Source: Clostridiales bacterium (lineage in GTDB: Bacteria; Bacillota; Clostridia; Oscillospirales; CAG-272). Taken from it: 64,000 nt of DNA. The notes beneath the pieces were generated by a model that saw only the letters and a program-made list of their open reading frames with translations, was not told the origin of the DNA and ran no database searches. Of the stretch, positions 8,729-17,557 are shown piece after piece (the stretch's first letter is position 1; each line of letters opens with the position of its first letter). A program made the position numbers and the translations under genes. Where the stretch lies: assembly GCA_016288155.1 (NCBI GenBank), contig JAEEYP010000034.1:9136-73135 (forward strand), read 5' to 3'.

Positions 8729-11700
8729 ATGAAAAACAGCAGTATCCGCAGACTCGGCGCCGTGCTTCTGGCGCTGGTGCTCTGCCTGCCGCTCGTCGCC
8801 TCCTGCGCGCCGGGAACGCCCGGCGCGGGCGGCGGGACGGACGTCGCAGGGAAGGGAGAGAACACGACGGTGCCCGTTCTTCATACGCACACGGCCGCCG
8901 CGGCCGGGATCCCCGCCGCGCTGCGGTCGCTCACGGTCTCCAATGCCACGGAGGTCGGAGGCATCATCGGCACGGACAGCGCTTTTACGGTGACGACGGC
9001 GGAGGCGACGGACGCCGAGACGCTCGCCCGGTACCTCACCGTCACGCCGTCGGCGGACTGGGAGATCACCGGCGAGGGGACGGAGTTTACCATGCGCCCG
9101 CGCACGGCGCTGGAGGCGAACACCGTGTACCGCTTCCGCATCGCCGATCCGGAGGAGACGGCGCCTTCGCTGCTTTCCCCCGCCGCCTTCGTCTTCCAGA
9201 CGGAGGACGTGCCGCGCGTCGCCTCCGTCTTCCCGGCGGACCGCGCGACGGACGTCCCGGTCAATACGGGGATCGAGTTCACTTTCAGCGAGCGCCTGTC
9301 CGATAAGGCGGATCTCGCGCGTTTCGTGACGCTCGAACCCGCCGTTTCGTTCCGCGTGGAGCTGTACGCGCACGGGCTCACCTTCGCCGTGATCCCGACG
9401 GAGCCGCTCCCCGAGGGAGAGACGGTGACGGCGACTCTCGCGCCCGGCGTGCCGCTGGCAAGCGGGAGGACGGTGACCGTCGGCGCGTCGACGACCTTCC
9501 GCACCGCGTATACGGTGCCGGAAAAGTCGTTCACCTTTTCGTATTCCTTGAGAGAGCTGACCGTCCGGCCGGAAGAACAGGCGACGCTCGGCTATTCCGT
9601 CTATTATTCCGGCGAGGCGGCAAAGGACGCCGAGGTCCGGTCGTCCGTCGACGTGACCGTATACCGCTACGCGGACGCGGCGGCGGCCGCCGCCGCGCTG
9701 CTCGACTATGAGAAGCGCGCGGGCGACGACGCCGTTCCCGGCCGCGAGGTCGTCTTCCCCGTCGAGGGACTGAAGAAAGTCGGCACGTACACGCTCGATG
9801 CGGAGTGCGTCTTCAGTCAATACTGGAACAACAGCGGCAACATCCGGTGTTCGTTCACGCTGCCGTCCCTCGGCGCGGGCTGCTATCTGATCGTGTACGA
9901 CGCCGAAGGCGCGCTCGGCAAGGAGGAGTTCTCCTTTGCCGGACGGCAGGCGATCGTGCAGGTGACGGATATCTCCGTCTCCACCGTCGCCGCCGGCGAC
10001 GATCTCGTCGTGTGGCTCCAGCGGGACGGGCAGCCGTGCGCCGGCGCGTCCGTCGACGCGTCGCTGTACAGCCGCGTCGTCGGCTGGAACCTCACGGCGC
10101 CCGCGGAGGGCGAGGAGGAGATCGTTTCCGTCTCCGCCGCGGCGGACGGGAACGGACTCGTCCGGCTCGGCACCGGCGGGCGGAACGCGGCGCTCCTCGT
10201 CGTGAAGACGGGCGACGATTCCCGTTGCGTCTGCGTGCAGAACAGCGCGAAGGACAACGTGCGGCGGCGCGTGTACCTGTACACGGACCGCGAGGAATAC
10301 TTCCCGACGGACCGCATCTCCTTCTGGGGCGTCGTGACGCCCGCCGCCGGGCTCGATTCGCTCACGTATTCCTCGAACGCCGCGGACGGCGGCCGCGTGA
10401 GCGTGTCGGAGGACGGCACGTTCAGCGGCAGCCTCTCCTATGCGGACTACGTCGGATACGGCGTCAGCCTCACCTTCACCGACGCGGACGGGAACGCGCT
10501 CCTCTCGGCGTACAAGACGATATCGCGGGAGGAGAAGCCGGTCTACACGGCGTCGCTCTCCTTTGATAAGAACTATTACCGCCGCGGCGAGACGGTGACG
10601 GCGACGCTGCGCGCGACGTTCTTCGACGGGACGCCGGCCGGCGGGATGCGTTTTCTCTACAACGCGTACGGCTTCGGTTCCGGCGAAGTCACGACGGACG
10701 AAGACGGCTGCGCGGTGATCGCGCTGCACGAGACGTCGCTGGACCCGCGCTCGACGGATCCCGTGCGGGGCTGGGTCTACTGCGAGCTGATCGGCGACGA
10801 GATCTCCTCGCTGTACGTAAACGGGAGTTTCCTGTATTTCCACAGCGACCGGATCCTTGAGACGGAACGGACGGCGGACGGCATCCGCATGACGCTGTAC
10901 GCGCTCGACACGACTGCTCTCGACGACCCGGAGACGTGGGAGGAGTACAGCCGCAATACGTATTCCTTCGACCGCGCGCTCCTGCGCGGCGCGCCGGAGG
11001 AGGGGACGGTCTCCTACACGCTGCGCCGCTACTGGACCGAGCGCGTCTCCACGGGCACCTACTACGATCCGGTCGAGAAGGTGACGCGGGAAACGTTCGA
11101 GTACCGGGAGCACGAGGAGTACCTTGAAAAAGACGGGAGCAAACGCTTCGTCAACGGGGAACTGCTCCTTCCGTACGTGACGGATCCGATCGAGGGATCG
11201 CGCTACCAGTACGAGATCTGGTTCTGCGAGAACGGGCGCTCGTATCCGTACTACCAGAGCGCGGTGCGGTACGAATACGAGCAGACGCCGGACGATGACG
11301 CGCCGACCTTCTCGCTGTACGTCCTCCGCGAGGACGGCACGGGATCCGCGTCGTACGGCCGCGGCAGCTTCGTGCCCGGTGAGGCGGCGCGCTTCACCGT
11401 ACTGTACGGCGACAAGCCGTACACGGAGGGCAAGGTGCTCTTCGTGACGGCGTCGCCGGACGGGATCGTCGGCACGGCGGTCTCGGCGGACGCGAGCGCG
11501 GAGATCGCCTTCGACGGCGCGCTCGTCCCGAACGGGCGGCTCGTCGCGCTCGTCTCCGACGGCGTGACGGATCCGGCGGCGTTCACCTACGATCTGACCT
11601 ACGATTACGAGAAACTCAACCAGCTCACGGTGACGCTGACGCCTTCGGCGGAGAAGGCGCTGCCGGGCGAGACCGTCGATACCGCCGTGGAGGTCCGTCT

Positions 11701-13939
11701 GCCGGACGGGACGCCGCTCGCGGGCGCGGAGGTGGTCCTCAGCGTCGTCGACGAGGCGGACTTCGCGCTGCGGCAGCAGACGCTGGAGCCCTCGACGCCG
11801 CTGTCGGCGCTCATCGCGTTCCGTTCCGTCAATACGTCCGTGAACGGCCGCTACTCCGTCCTCGACGACGTTCGCTTCTACGGGGACGGGATACGCAACG
11901 GATCGAAGAGCGGCGGGATGTACATGGACGGCGCTCAGATGGAAGCGGAGATGCCGACGGCCGTTGCCAACGACACCGGCATGGGAGGCGGCGACGAGGG
12001 CGGCTCCGACGTCTACGTGCGGGAGACCTTCCTTGACAATCCGGTCTTCGTGACCGTGCACACGGACGCGGACGGCCGCGCTTCGGCGGCGATCCGCCTG
12101 CCGGACAACATCACGACCTGGCGCATCAGCGCCGTTGCCGCGGCGCGCGGCAACGCGGCGTCGCCGGTCGACGTCCTCATGGGCGCGTCGAAGGACGCCG
12201 TGGTCGTCACCCTGCCGTTCTTCGTGACGACGACGGTCGGATCCGTCTACCTGACGGGCGACGATATCGCGCTCAGCGCGAAGGTCAGCGGCGTCGGCGA
12301 TTTCGCGGACGCGGCGTTCACCGCGCAGCTCGTCGCGGCGGACGGGACCGTCGTGCGCGAGGCGGCGGGCAGCGCGAAGAAATTCGCCGCGGCGTACCTG
12401 AACCTCGGCAAGGCGGAAGCCGGCGAGTATACCGTGCGCGTCACGGCGCGTTCCGGCGACTACGCGGACGCGGTGGCGCAGACGTTCACCGTCGTCGATT
12501 CCGCGATCCTGCTCCGGGTCAACAAGGTGATCGGCGCGCTGGAGACGGCGTCTCTCAGCCCGTCTCTGTACCCGGTCGCGCTGACCTTCTTCGACGACAG
12601 CCATCCGCTCGTGCAGCGCGCGGTCGGTCAGCTCCTCACGGGACGCAGCGGCCGCACGGACGCGAAGGCGGCGTACCTCGCGGCGCTGCTCGTCTGCGGG
12701 AAGCTGTACGGCGCCTCCGCGCTGTACGCGGACGAGATCGCCTCGCTCCTCGCCGAGCTCGAGCAGAGCGGCGGCGCGTGGGGGATCTTCCAGTACGCGG
12801 AGCCGGATCCGGCGGTGACGGCGAAGATCTGCCTGCTCCTCGCCGATCAGCTCTCCTATACGGTGAAAAAAACGGCGGAGGAATATCTGCGCGGCGTCGT
12901 ATCGAGCGCGCAGGACGCGCAGTCCGCCGCGTCCGGCCTCCTCGGACTGGCGGCGCTCGGCTGCCCGATCCTCGGCGATCTCCACTACGCGGCGCAGCAC
13001 TGGGATGAAATGAACAAGCCGACCCCGGCCGCGCGTCTGACGCTCGCGGCGGCGTTCGCCGCCATGGGCGACGGCGCCTCCGCCCGCGCGCAGTACGACG
13101 CGGTCGCCGCAGAGTACCGCGTGACGCAGAACGGCGAGACGTACTTCACCGACGGCGGCACGTCGGAGGACGCGCTGGCGCTCACGAACGCGGCGCTGCT
13201 CGCCGCCTCGCTCATCTCGCCCGAGGAAGCCGCGGCACTCATGGAATACTGCTCTGCGCGCACCTCGGCGTATGAACTGTACGCGCTGGAGAAGGCGATC
13301 TTCGCCTGCGCCTACGCGCCGGATACCTACACGCCGAAGACGCTTACCTATCGCCTCGGCGGAGAGGAGAAGACGGTCGAGATCGACGGACGGCATCCGC
13401 TCACGCTGACGCTGAACCGCGATTCCTTTGCCTCCTTCGCCGTCACGGCGGCGGAGGAAGGGATCGCCGTGCGCGCGATGTACTGGGGCACGCCGGCGGA
13501 ATCGGCGTCGCTTAAAGCGGAGAACATGACGGTCAAGAAGACGATCGAGGCGAGCGACCCGGCGCGCGGCTTCTACCGCGTGACGGTCACCGTCTCCGGC
13601 GAGACGGACCGCGAGTCCTTCTTCGCCTCGCTGACGGACCGCATCCCGACGGGCGCGCGCTTCGTGCGCCTCGAGTCCTCCTCCTTCTCCGGCTCCGATC
13701 GGTATGTGTACGGTTGGATCGGCGAGGACGGCGGACAGATGCTCGGCTCGATCTACGTGAGCAATCCGACGCGCCCGTCGACGGCGGGACGCACGGTGCG
13801 GCAGTTCACCGGGACCTTCACCTACGTCATCCGCGCGTACACGCCGGGCGAATTCGTCGTCGAGGCGGCGTACGTGACGGACGGCGCGCTGAACACCTGC
13901 GCCGTGAGCGAGCGGAGCACGGTACGCTTCGTGAAATGA
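8729..13939 (+). CDS. Alpha-2-macroglobulin family lipoprotein with N-terminal SbsA/Big_5-type Ig domain; no thioester motif
   Basis: Start MKNSSIRRLG is preceded by aaaggtagga. Lipobox LVASC. VASVFPADRATDVPVNTGIEFTFSERL (Ig-like), LPDNITTWRISAVAA (A2M signature) and a helical TED-like region ELEQSGGAWGIFQYAEPDPAVTAKICLLLADQ. None of the Cys residues lies in a CxEQ context. Confidence 0.8.
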   Translation: MKNSSIRRLGAVLLALVLCLPLVASCAPGTPGAGGGTDVAGKGENTTVPVLHTHTAAAAGIPAALRSLTVSNATEVGGIIGTDSAFTVTTAEATDAETLARYLTVTPSADWEITGEGTEFTMRPRTALEANTVYRFRIADPEETAPSLLSPAAFVFQTEDVPRVASVFPADRATDVPVNTGIEFTFSERLSDKADLARFVTLEPAVSFRVELYAHGLTFAVIPTEPLPEGETVTATLAPGVPLASGRTVTVGASTTFRTAYTVPEKSFTFSYSLRELTVRPEEQATLGYSVYYSGEAAKDAEVRSSVDVTVYRYADAAAAAAALLDYEKRAGDDAVPGREVVFPVEGLKKVGTYTLDAECVFSQYWNNSGNIRCSFTLPSLGAGCYLIVYDAEGALGKEEFSFAGRQAIVQVTDISVSTVAAGDDLVVWLQRDGQPCAGASVDASLYSRVVGWNLTAPAEGEEEIVSVSAAADGNGLVRLGTGGRNAALLVVKTGDDSRCVCVQNSAKDNVRRRVYLYTDREEYFPTDRISFWGVVTPAAGLDSLTYSSNAADGGRVSVSEDGTFSGSLSYADYVGYGVSLTFTDADGNALLSAYKTISREEKPVYTASLSFDKNYYRRGETVTATLRATFFDGTPAGGMRFLYNAYGFGSGEVTTDEDGCAVIALHETSLDPRSTDPVRGWVYCELIGDEISSLYVNGSFLYFHSDRILETERTADGIRMTLYALDTTALDDPETWEEYSRNTYSFDRALLRGAPEEGTVSYTLRRYWTERVSTGTYYDPVEKVTRETFEYREHEEYLEKDGSKRFVNGELLLPYVTDPIEGSRYQYEIWFCENGRSYPYYQSAVRYEYEQTPDDDAPTFSLYVLREDGTGSASYGRGSFVPGEAARFTVLYGDKPYTEGKVLFVTASPDGIVGTAVSADASAEIAFDGALVPNGRLVALVSDGVTDPAAFTYDLTYDYEKLNQLTVTLTPSAEKALPGETVDTAVEVRLPDGTPLAGAEVVLSVVDEADFALRQQTLEPSTPLSALIAFRSVNTSVNGRYSVLDDVRFYGDGIRNGSKSGGMYMDGAQMEAEMPTAVANDTGMGGGDEGGSDVYVRETFLDNPVFVTVHTDADGRASAAIRLPDNITTWRISAVAAARGNAASPVDVLMGASKDAVVVTLPFFVTTTVGSVYLTGDDIALSAKVSGVGDFADAAFTAQLVAADGTVVREAAGSAKKFAAAYLNLGKAEAGEYTVRVTARSGDYADAVAQTFTVVDSAILLRVNKVIGALETASLSPSLYPVALTFFDDSHPLVQRAVGQLLTGRSGRTDAKAAYLAALLVCGKLYGASALYADEIASLLAELEQSGGAWGIFQYAEPDPAVTAKICLLLADQLSYTVKKTAEEYLRGVVSSAQDAQSAASGLLGLAALGCPILGDLHYAAQHWDEMNKPTPAARLTLAAAFAAMGDGASARAQYDAVAAEYRVTQNGETYFTDGGTSEDALALTNAALLAASLISPEEAAALMEYCSARTSAYELYALEKAIFACAYAPDTYTPKTLTYRLGGEEKTVEIDGRHPLTLTLNRDSFASFAVTAAEEGIAVRAMYWGTPAESASLKAENMTVKKTIEASDPARGFYRVTVTVSGETDRESFFASLTDRIPTGARFVRLESSSFSGSDRYVYGWIGEDGGQMLGSIYVSNPTRPSTAGRTVRQFTGTFTYVIRAYTPGEFVVEAAYVTDGALNTCAVSERSTVRFVK

Positions 13940-13967
13940 TCCGGAAATGATCCATTCCCCCGTCAGG

Positions 13968-14008
13968 GGAAGGACGGACGGTCTTCGTCCGTCCTTTTCC
14001 TTTTTTTG
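13968..14008 (+). terminator. Rho-independent terminator after the A2M gene
   Basis: aaggacggacg-gtcttc-gtccgtcctt followed by ttcctttttttg. Confidence 0.8.
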
Positions 14009-14231
14009 ATGTTTTTGATGTCTCCCGTCGGCGGGCACCCCGCGGGACGCCGGGGAACAGGTTTTTTTCTTTTTTTGCACGCCGATACGCCATCACGCGG
14101 CATAATGTGTTATAATATACGCGTATACGCGGCATCCGACCGCAGCGTGCCGCGGTCCCGCGGGATCGTGACGGCTGTGACGGCGGCGGGATCGGAACAC
14201 GCCTGTGCCGGGGGAACGGAGAGGGCAGGAT

Positions 14232-16478
14232 ATGAGGATCAGCGATCACGTCTCAACGAAGATCGGCACGATCGGCGACATGACCGAGACCAGCTGCCAC
14301 GGGGGCGGGAAAACGCATCCGGGCGCGGTGTATCCGTTCGGCATGACGGCGTTCGGTCCCGATACGCTGGAGGGCGGCGACAACGGCTCCGGCTACAGCT
14401 ACCACCACACCACCATCGACGGCTTTTCGATCAATCATATGTCGGGCGTCGGCTGGTACGGAGATCTCGGCAATTTTCAGGTCATGCCGACCGTCGGTCC
14501 GCTGAACCTGCTGTCCGGGACGTACCGGGACGCGCTGACCGTCCGTTCCGACCGCGGATACGAATCCGATTTCCGCCACGAAACGGAAGTGACCGGGGCG
14601 GGGTATTACGCCGTCACGCTCGATACCTACGGGATCCGCGCCGAAACGACGGCGTCGCTGCATACGGGCATGATCCGCATGACGTATCCCGCCGGGAAGG
14701 CCAGACGGGTACAGATCAATCTCGCGCGGCGCATCGCCGGGCGTTCCCCCCGCCAGGAAGTCCGTCTGATCGGCGGCCGCATCCTGGAGGGGTGCATCCA
14801 CTGTCCGGCGACGCACGGCGGCTTTGGACGCGGTGCGGGACACGTCAGTTATGACCTTTACTTCCATGCGGTCTTCTCGGAGCCGTGGAAGGATTTCGGC
14901 ATATGGGACAAAAACGCGCCCGTGCACGGCGTCACGGATGCATACGACGGGGAAGAGGTGTGGTTTTACGCCGACTTCGCCGCGGACGGCGGTCCGATCA
15001 GCCTGAAGGTCGCCGTATCCTACATCAGCATCAAGGGCGCGCGGAACAACTATGCGGCGGAAGCGGCGGACGTATCCTTCGACGGGATGCGCGAAGCGGC
15101 GGGGACGGCGTGGGACGAGGCCCTTTCCGTGATCCGGGTGGAGGACACGCGCGAGGATCCCGATCTGCTGACGGTCTTTTATACGACGCTGTATCACGCG
15201 CTCCTCGATCCGCGCGTATATTCGGACGCTGACGGCAGTTACCTTTCTGCCGACGGTACGGTCCGGCATGCGAAGGATTTCGTCAAGCGCACCGTGTTCA
15301 GCGGATGGGACGTTTTCCGCAGCGAGTTCCCGCTTCTGACGATCGTCCGGCCGGACGTTGTGCGCGACGTGATCCGCTCTCTCATCGATATCGCGGAGCA
15401 TGAAAACGTTTCCTTCCCGCGCTGGGAACTGCTCGGTCATGATACGGGATGCATGCTCGGCGATCCCGGCGTCATCGTGACCGTCGACGCGTACCGGAAG
15501 GGGATCCGGGATTTCGACGTGCAAAAGGCGTACGGGATCTGCCTGAGAACGGCGTTCGATCCGGCTTCCCGCCGCACGGGCGGCGCGGAATACGGCCGAT
15601 ACGGTTACGTTCCGCACAGCGTTTCGGCAACGCTCGAAAACGCGTTTGCCGATCATTGTATTTCGGCTTTTGCCGAAGAGCTCGGCGACGAGGCGAACGC
15701 GCAGCGGTTTCGCGAACGCGCGCAGAATTACCGAAAGATTTTCTCGCCGGAGGTCGGCTGGATGCGCCCGAAGGACGAGAACGGGAACTGGGAAGAATGG
15801 CGCGGGATCTATGACACGGGCGGATGCGTGGAAAGCAATATTTTCCAGCAGTCGTGGTTCGTTCCGCACGACCCGCAGGGGCTCATATCCCTGATGGGAC
15901 GCGAGACGTTCTTGAAAAATCTTGACCGCTTCATGGAAGAAAGCGATCTTTCCGCCATGTGGAACGAGGCGTACAACCACCCGAACGAGCCCTGCCACCA
16001 TCTGGTACATATTTTTACGGACGCCGGTCAGCCGCACAAGACGCAGTACTGGGTGCGCAGGATACAACAGGAGGCGTACAATACCACGGAATACGGCTTC
16101 TGCGGCAACGAGGACGTCGGACAGATGTCCGCGTGGTTCGTCCTTACCGCGCTCGGTTTCCACATGATGGCTCCCGGAAGCAATATTTTCCACGTGAACA
16201 CCCCGCTGTTCCGCCGCGCGGAGATCCGCCTCGACGGGACGTATCATTCCCGCTCCGTCTCCGATACGCTCGTCGTCGAATGCGATCGCGATCCCAAAGA
16301 CTTCCTTTATATATATGGCATCGACGTGAACGGCAGACCCGTCCGCCGCGCGTGGCTGACGTGGGACGAGATCGCGTCCGGCGGCGTGATCACGTACCAT
16401 CTGACGGATACGCCGGACGACGCATGGGCGGCTCAGCTGCCGCCTTCTCCGAGCCTTCCTGGCGGGACCCCGACGTGA
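14232..16478 (+). CDS. Glycoside hydrolase family 92 alpha-mannosidase-like, no signal peptide
   Basis: Start MRISDH after ggagagggcagga. GGGKTHPGAVYPFGMTAFGPDT matches the GH92 N-terminal signature (PGA-x-x-PFGM-x-x-x-PDT). Confidence 0.8.
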   Translation: MRISDHVSTKIGTIGDMTETSCHGGGKTHPGAVYPFGMTAFGPDTLEGGDNGSGYSYHHTTIDGFSINHMSGVGWYGDLGNFQVMPTVGPLNLLSGTYRDALTVRSDRGYESDFRHETEVTGAGYYAVTLDTYGIRAETTASLHTGMIRMTYPAGKARRVQINLARRIAGRSPRQEVRLIGGRILEGCIHCPATHGGFGRGAGHVSYDLYFHAVFSEPWKDFGIWDKNAPVHGVTDAYDGEEVWFYADFAADGGPISLKVAVSYISIKGARNNYAAEAADVSFDGMREAAGTAWDEALSVIRVEDTREDPDLLTVFYTTLYHALLDPRVYSDADGSYLSADGTVRHAKDFVKRTVFSGWDVFRSEFPLLTIVRPDVVRDVIRSLIDIAEHENVSFPRWELLGHDTGCMLGDPGVIVTVDAYRKGIRDFDVQKAYGICLRTAFDPASRRTGGAEYGRYGYVPHSVSATLENAFADHCISAFAEELGDEANAQRFRERAQNYRKIFSPEVGWMRPKDENGNWEEWRGIYDTGGCVESNIFQQSWFVPHDPQGLISLMGRETFLKNLDRFMEESDLSAMWNEAYNHPNEPCHHLVHIFTDAGQPHKTQYWVRRIQQEAYNTTEYGFCGNEDVGQMSAWFVLTALGFHMMAPGSNIFHVNTPLFRRAEIRLDGTYHSRSVSDTLVVECDRDPKDFLYIYGIDVNGRPVRRAWLTWDEIASGGVITYHLTDTPDDAWAAQLPPSPSLPGGTPT

Positions 16479-16543
16479 CGCTTTCGTAATCCCGCGGTCC
16501 CGGATAAGAATAAAACAAATATACACACCAACAGGAGGAACTC

Positions 16544-17308
16544 ATGATGAAGGATTTTTCAAAGGAAACGTTCGATATCCTGATCCAGGCCGGTCAGTCG
16601 AACAGTGAGGGGTACGGGTTCGGGAACGTCTGCGGCCCGTATCAGCCGGACGAACGCGTCTGGTACTTCAACGGAGACGGGACGTTTCAGGTCGCGCAGG
16701 AAAAAGTGGCGAACAACGGCGTGCAGAGCAATTTCTCGCTGACGTTTGCGCGGAAGTATATCGAATCGGGCATGCTCGCCGAGGGCAGGAAGCTGCTCAT
16801 CCTCCGCACCGCGGTCGGCGGCACCGGTTTTTCCGACAATCACTGGAAGAGCACGGACGATTTGTATCTGCGCATGATGGATATGATCCGGGAATCGCTG
16901 GCGCTCAACCCCGAAAACCGCCTGAAAGCGCTGCTCTGGCATCAGGGCGAAACGGACGCCTGCAATAAGATGACGTACGACTACTACCGCGGTCATTTGT
17001 CCGCGCTGGTCGAGAGCGTGCGCGGCACGTTCGGCGTGCCGGAGCTTCCGTTCATCGCCGGCGACTTCGTACAGGATTGGGAGAACGACAACAAGGAGAT
17101 CTGCGCGCCGATCATCGCGGCGCTGCGGGAGGTCTGCAAGAGTCCCTTCAGCGCGTTCGTCGAGACGGACGGGCTCGATTCCAACCGTCAGGACGGCTAT
17201 CCGCATCCGCTCGGATGGACCGACAGCATCCATTTCTGCCGCCGCGCGATCTACGCGCTCGGCGAACGGTATTTTGCCGCGTACGCCGCGATCGTCGGAA
17301 AAGAATAA
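16544..17308 (+). CDS. SASA-family (sialate O-acetylesterase-like, DUF303) carbohydrate esterase
   Basis: 254 aa. ILIQAGQSNSEGYG (catalytic Ser block) and LLWHQGETD. Confidence 0.75.
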   Translation: MMKDFSKETFDILIQAGQSNSEGYGFGNVCGPYQPDERVWYFNGDGTFQVAQEKVANNGVQSNFSLTFARKYIESGMLAEGRKLLILRTAVGGTGFSDNHWKSTDDLYLRMMDMIRESLALNPENRLKALLWHQGETDACNKMTYDYYRGHLSALVESVRGTFGVPELPFIAGDFVQDWENDNKEICAPIIAALREVCKSPFSAFVETDGLDSNRQDGYPHPLGWTDSIHFCRRAIYALGERYFAAYAAIVGKE

Positions 17309-17465
17309 AGGGCGGCGGCGTCTTTTCGTATAATACAAACGCCTTATACAAACGCAGAAAATCGCGTTTCGGCACGTGTCGGAACGCGATTTATCGGTTT
17401 TATGCATGTTTTTTAATATTAAACACAGTGTAGTATTACAAAGAGATTGCATATTGAAAAATCGC

Positions 17466-17494
17466 TTGCAATCGCGCATGGAATGCGGTATGAT
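17466..17494 (+). promoter_or_regulatory. Sigma-A-type promoter of the S-layer gene
   Basis: TTGCAA, 17-nt spacer, TATGAT, in an AT-rich region. Strong RBS aaggagaag before ATG 17558. Confidence 0.65.
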
Positions 17495-17557
17495 ATTGTC
17501 CGCAGGGAAATCCGTTTGGACGACCATGCAAAATTCACATAAGGAGAAGAGAAAAAG

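Noticed and set aside
12700-12800. A possible thioester site in the A2M-family protein (AELEQSGGAWG).
   Set aside because: No Cys precedes the EQ, and none of the protein's cysteines is in a CxEQ context. The protein is therefore called thioester-less.
8690-14080. A 1796-aa uninterrupted minus-strand ORF mirroring the whole A2M gene.
   Set aside because: It is in the same triplet register as the plus-strand gene. It stays open simply because the sense gene contains no TTA, CTA or TCA codons, as expected for this GC-rich codon usage. Its translation is Arg/Ala/Gly/Asp low complexity with no motifs. The plus strand has a lipobox and A2M signatures.
14253-16526. A 757-aa minus-strand ORF exactly mirroring the GH92 gene. 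Similar mirrors occur at 25569..27884, 31796..35014, 39372..42026, 47013..49298, 1076..2524 and 37140..39365.
   Set aside because: All are Arg/His/Asp/Gly-rich low-complexity translations opposite genes with unambiguous family motifs (GH92, SBP, aspS/pepP, ftsH, iorA, hisS). This is the same codon-bias explanation.
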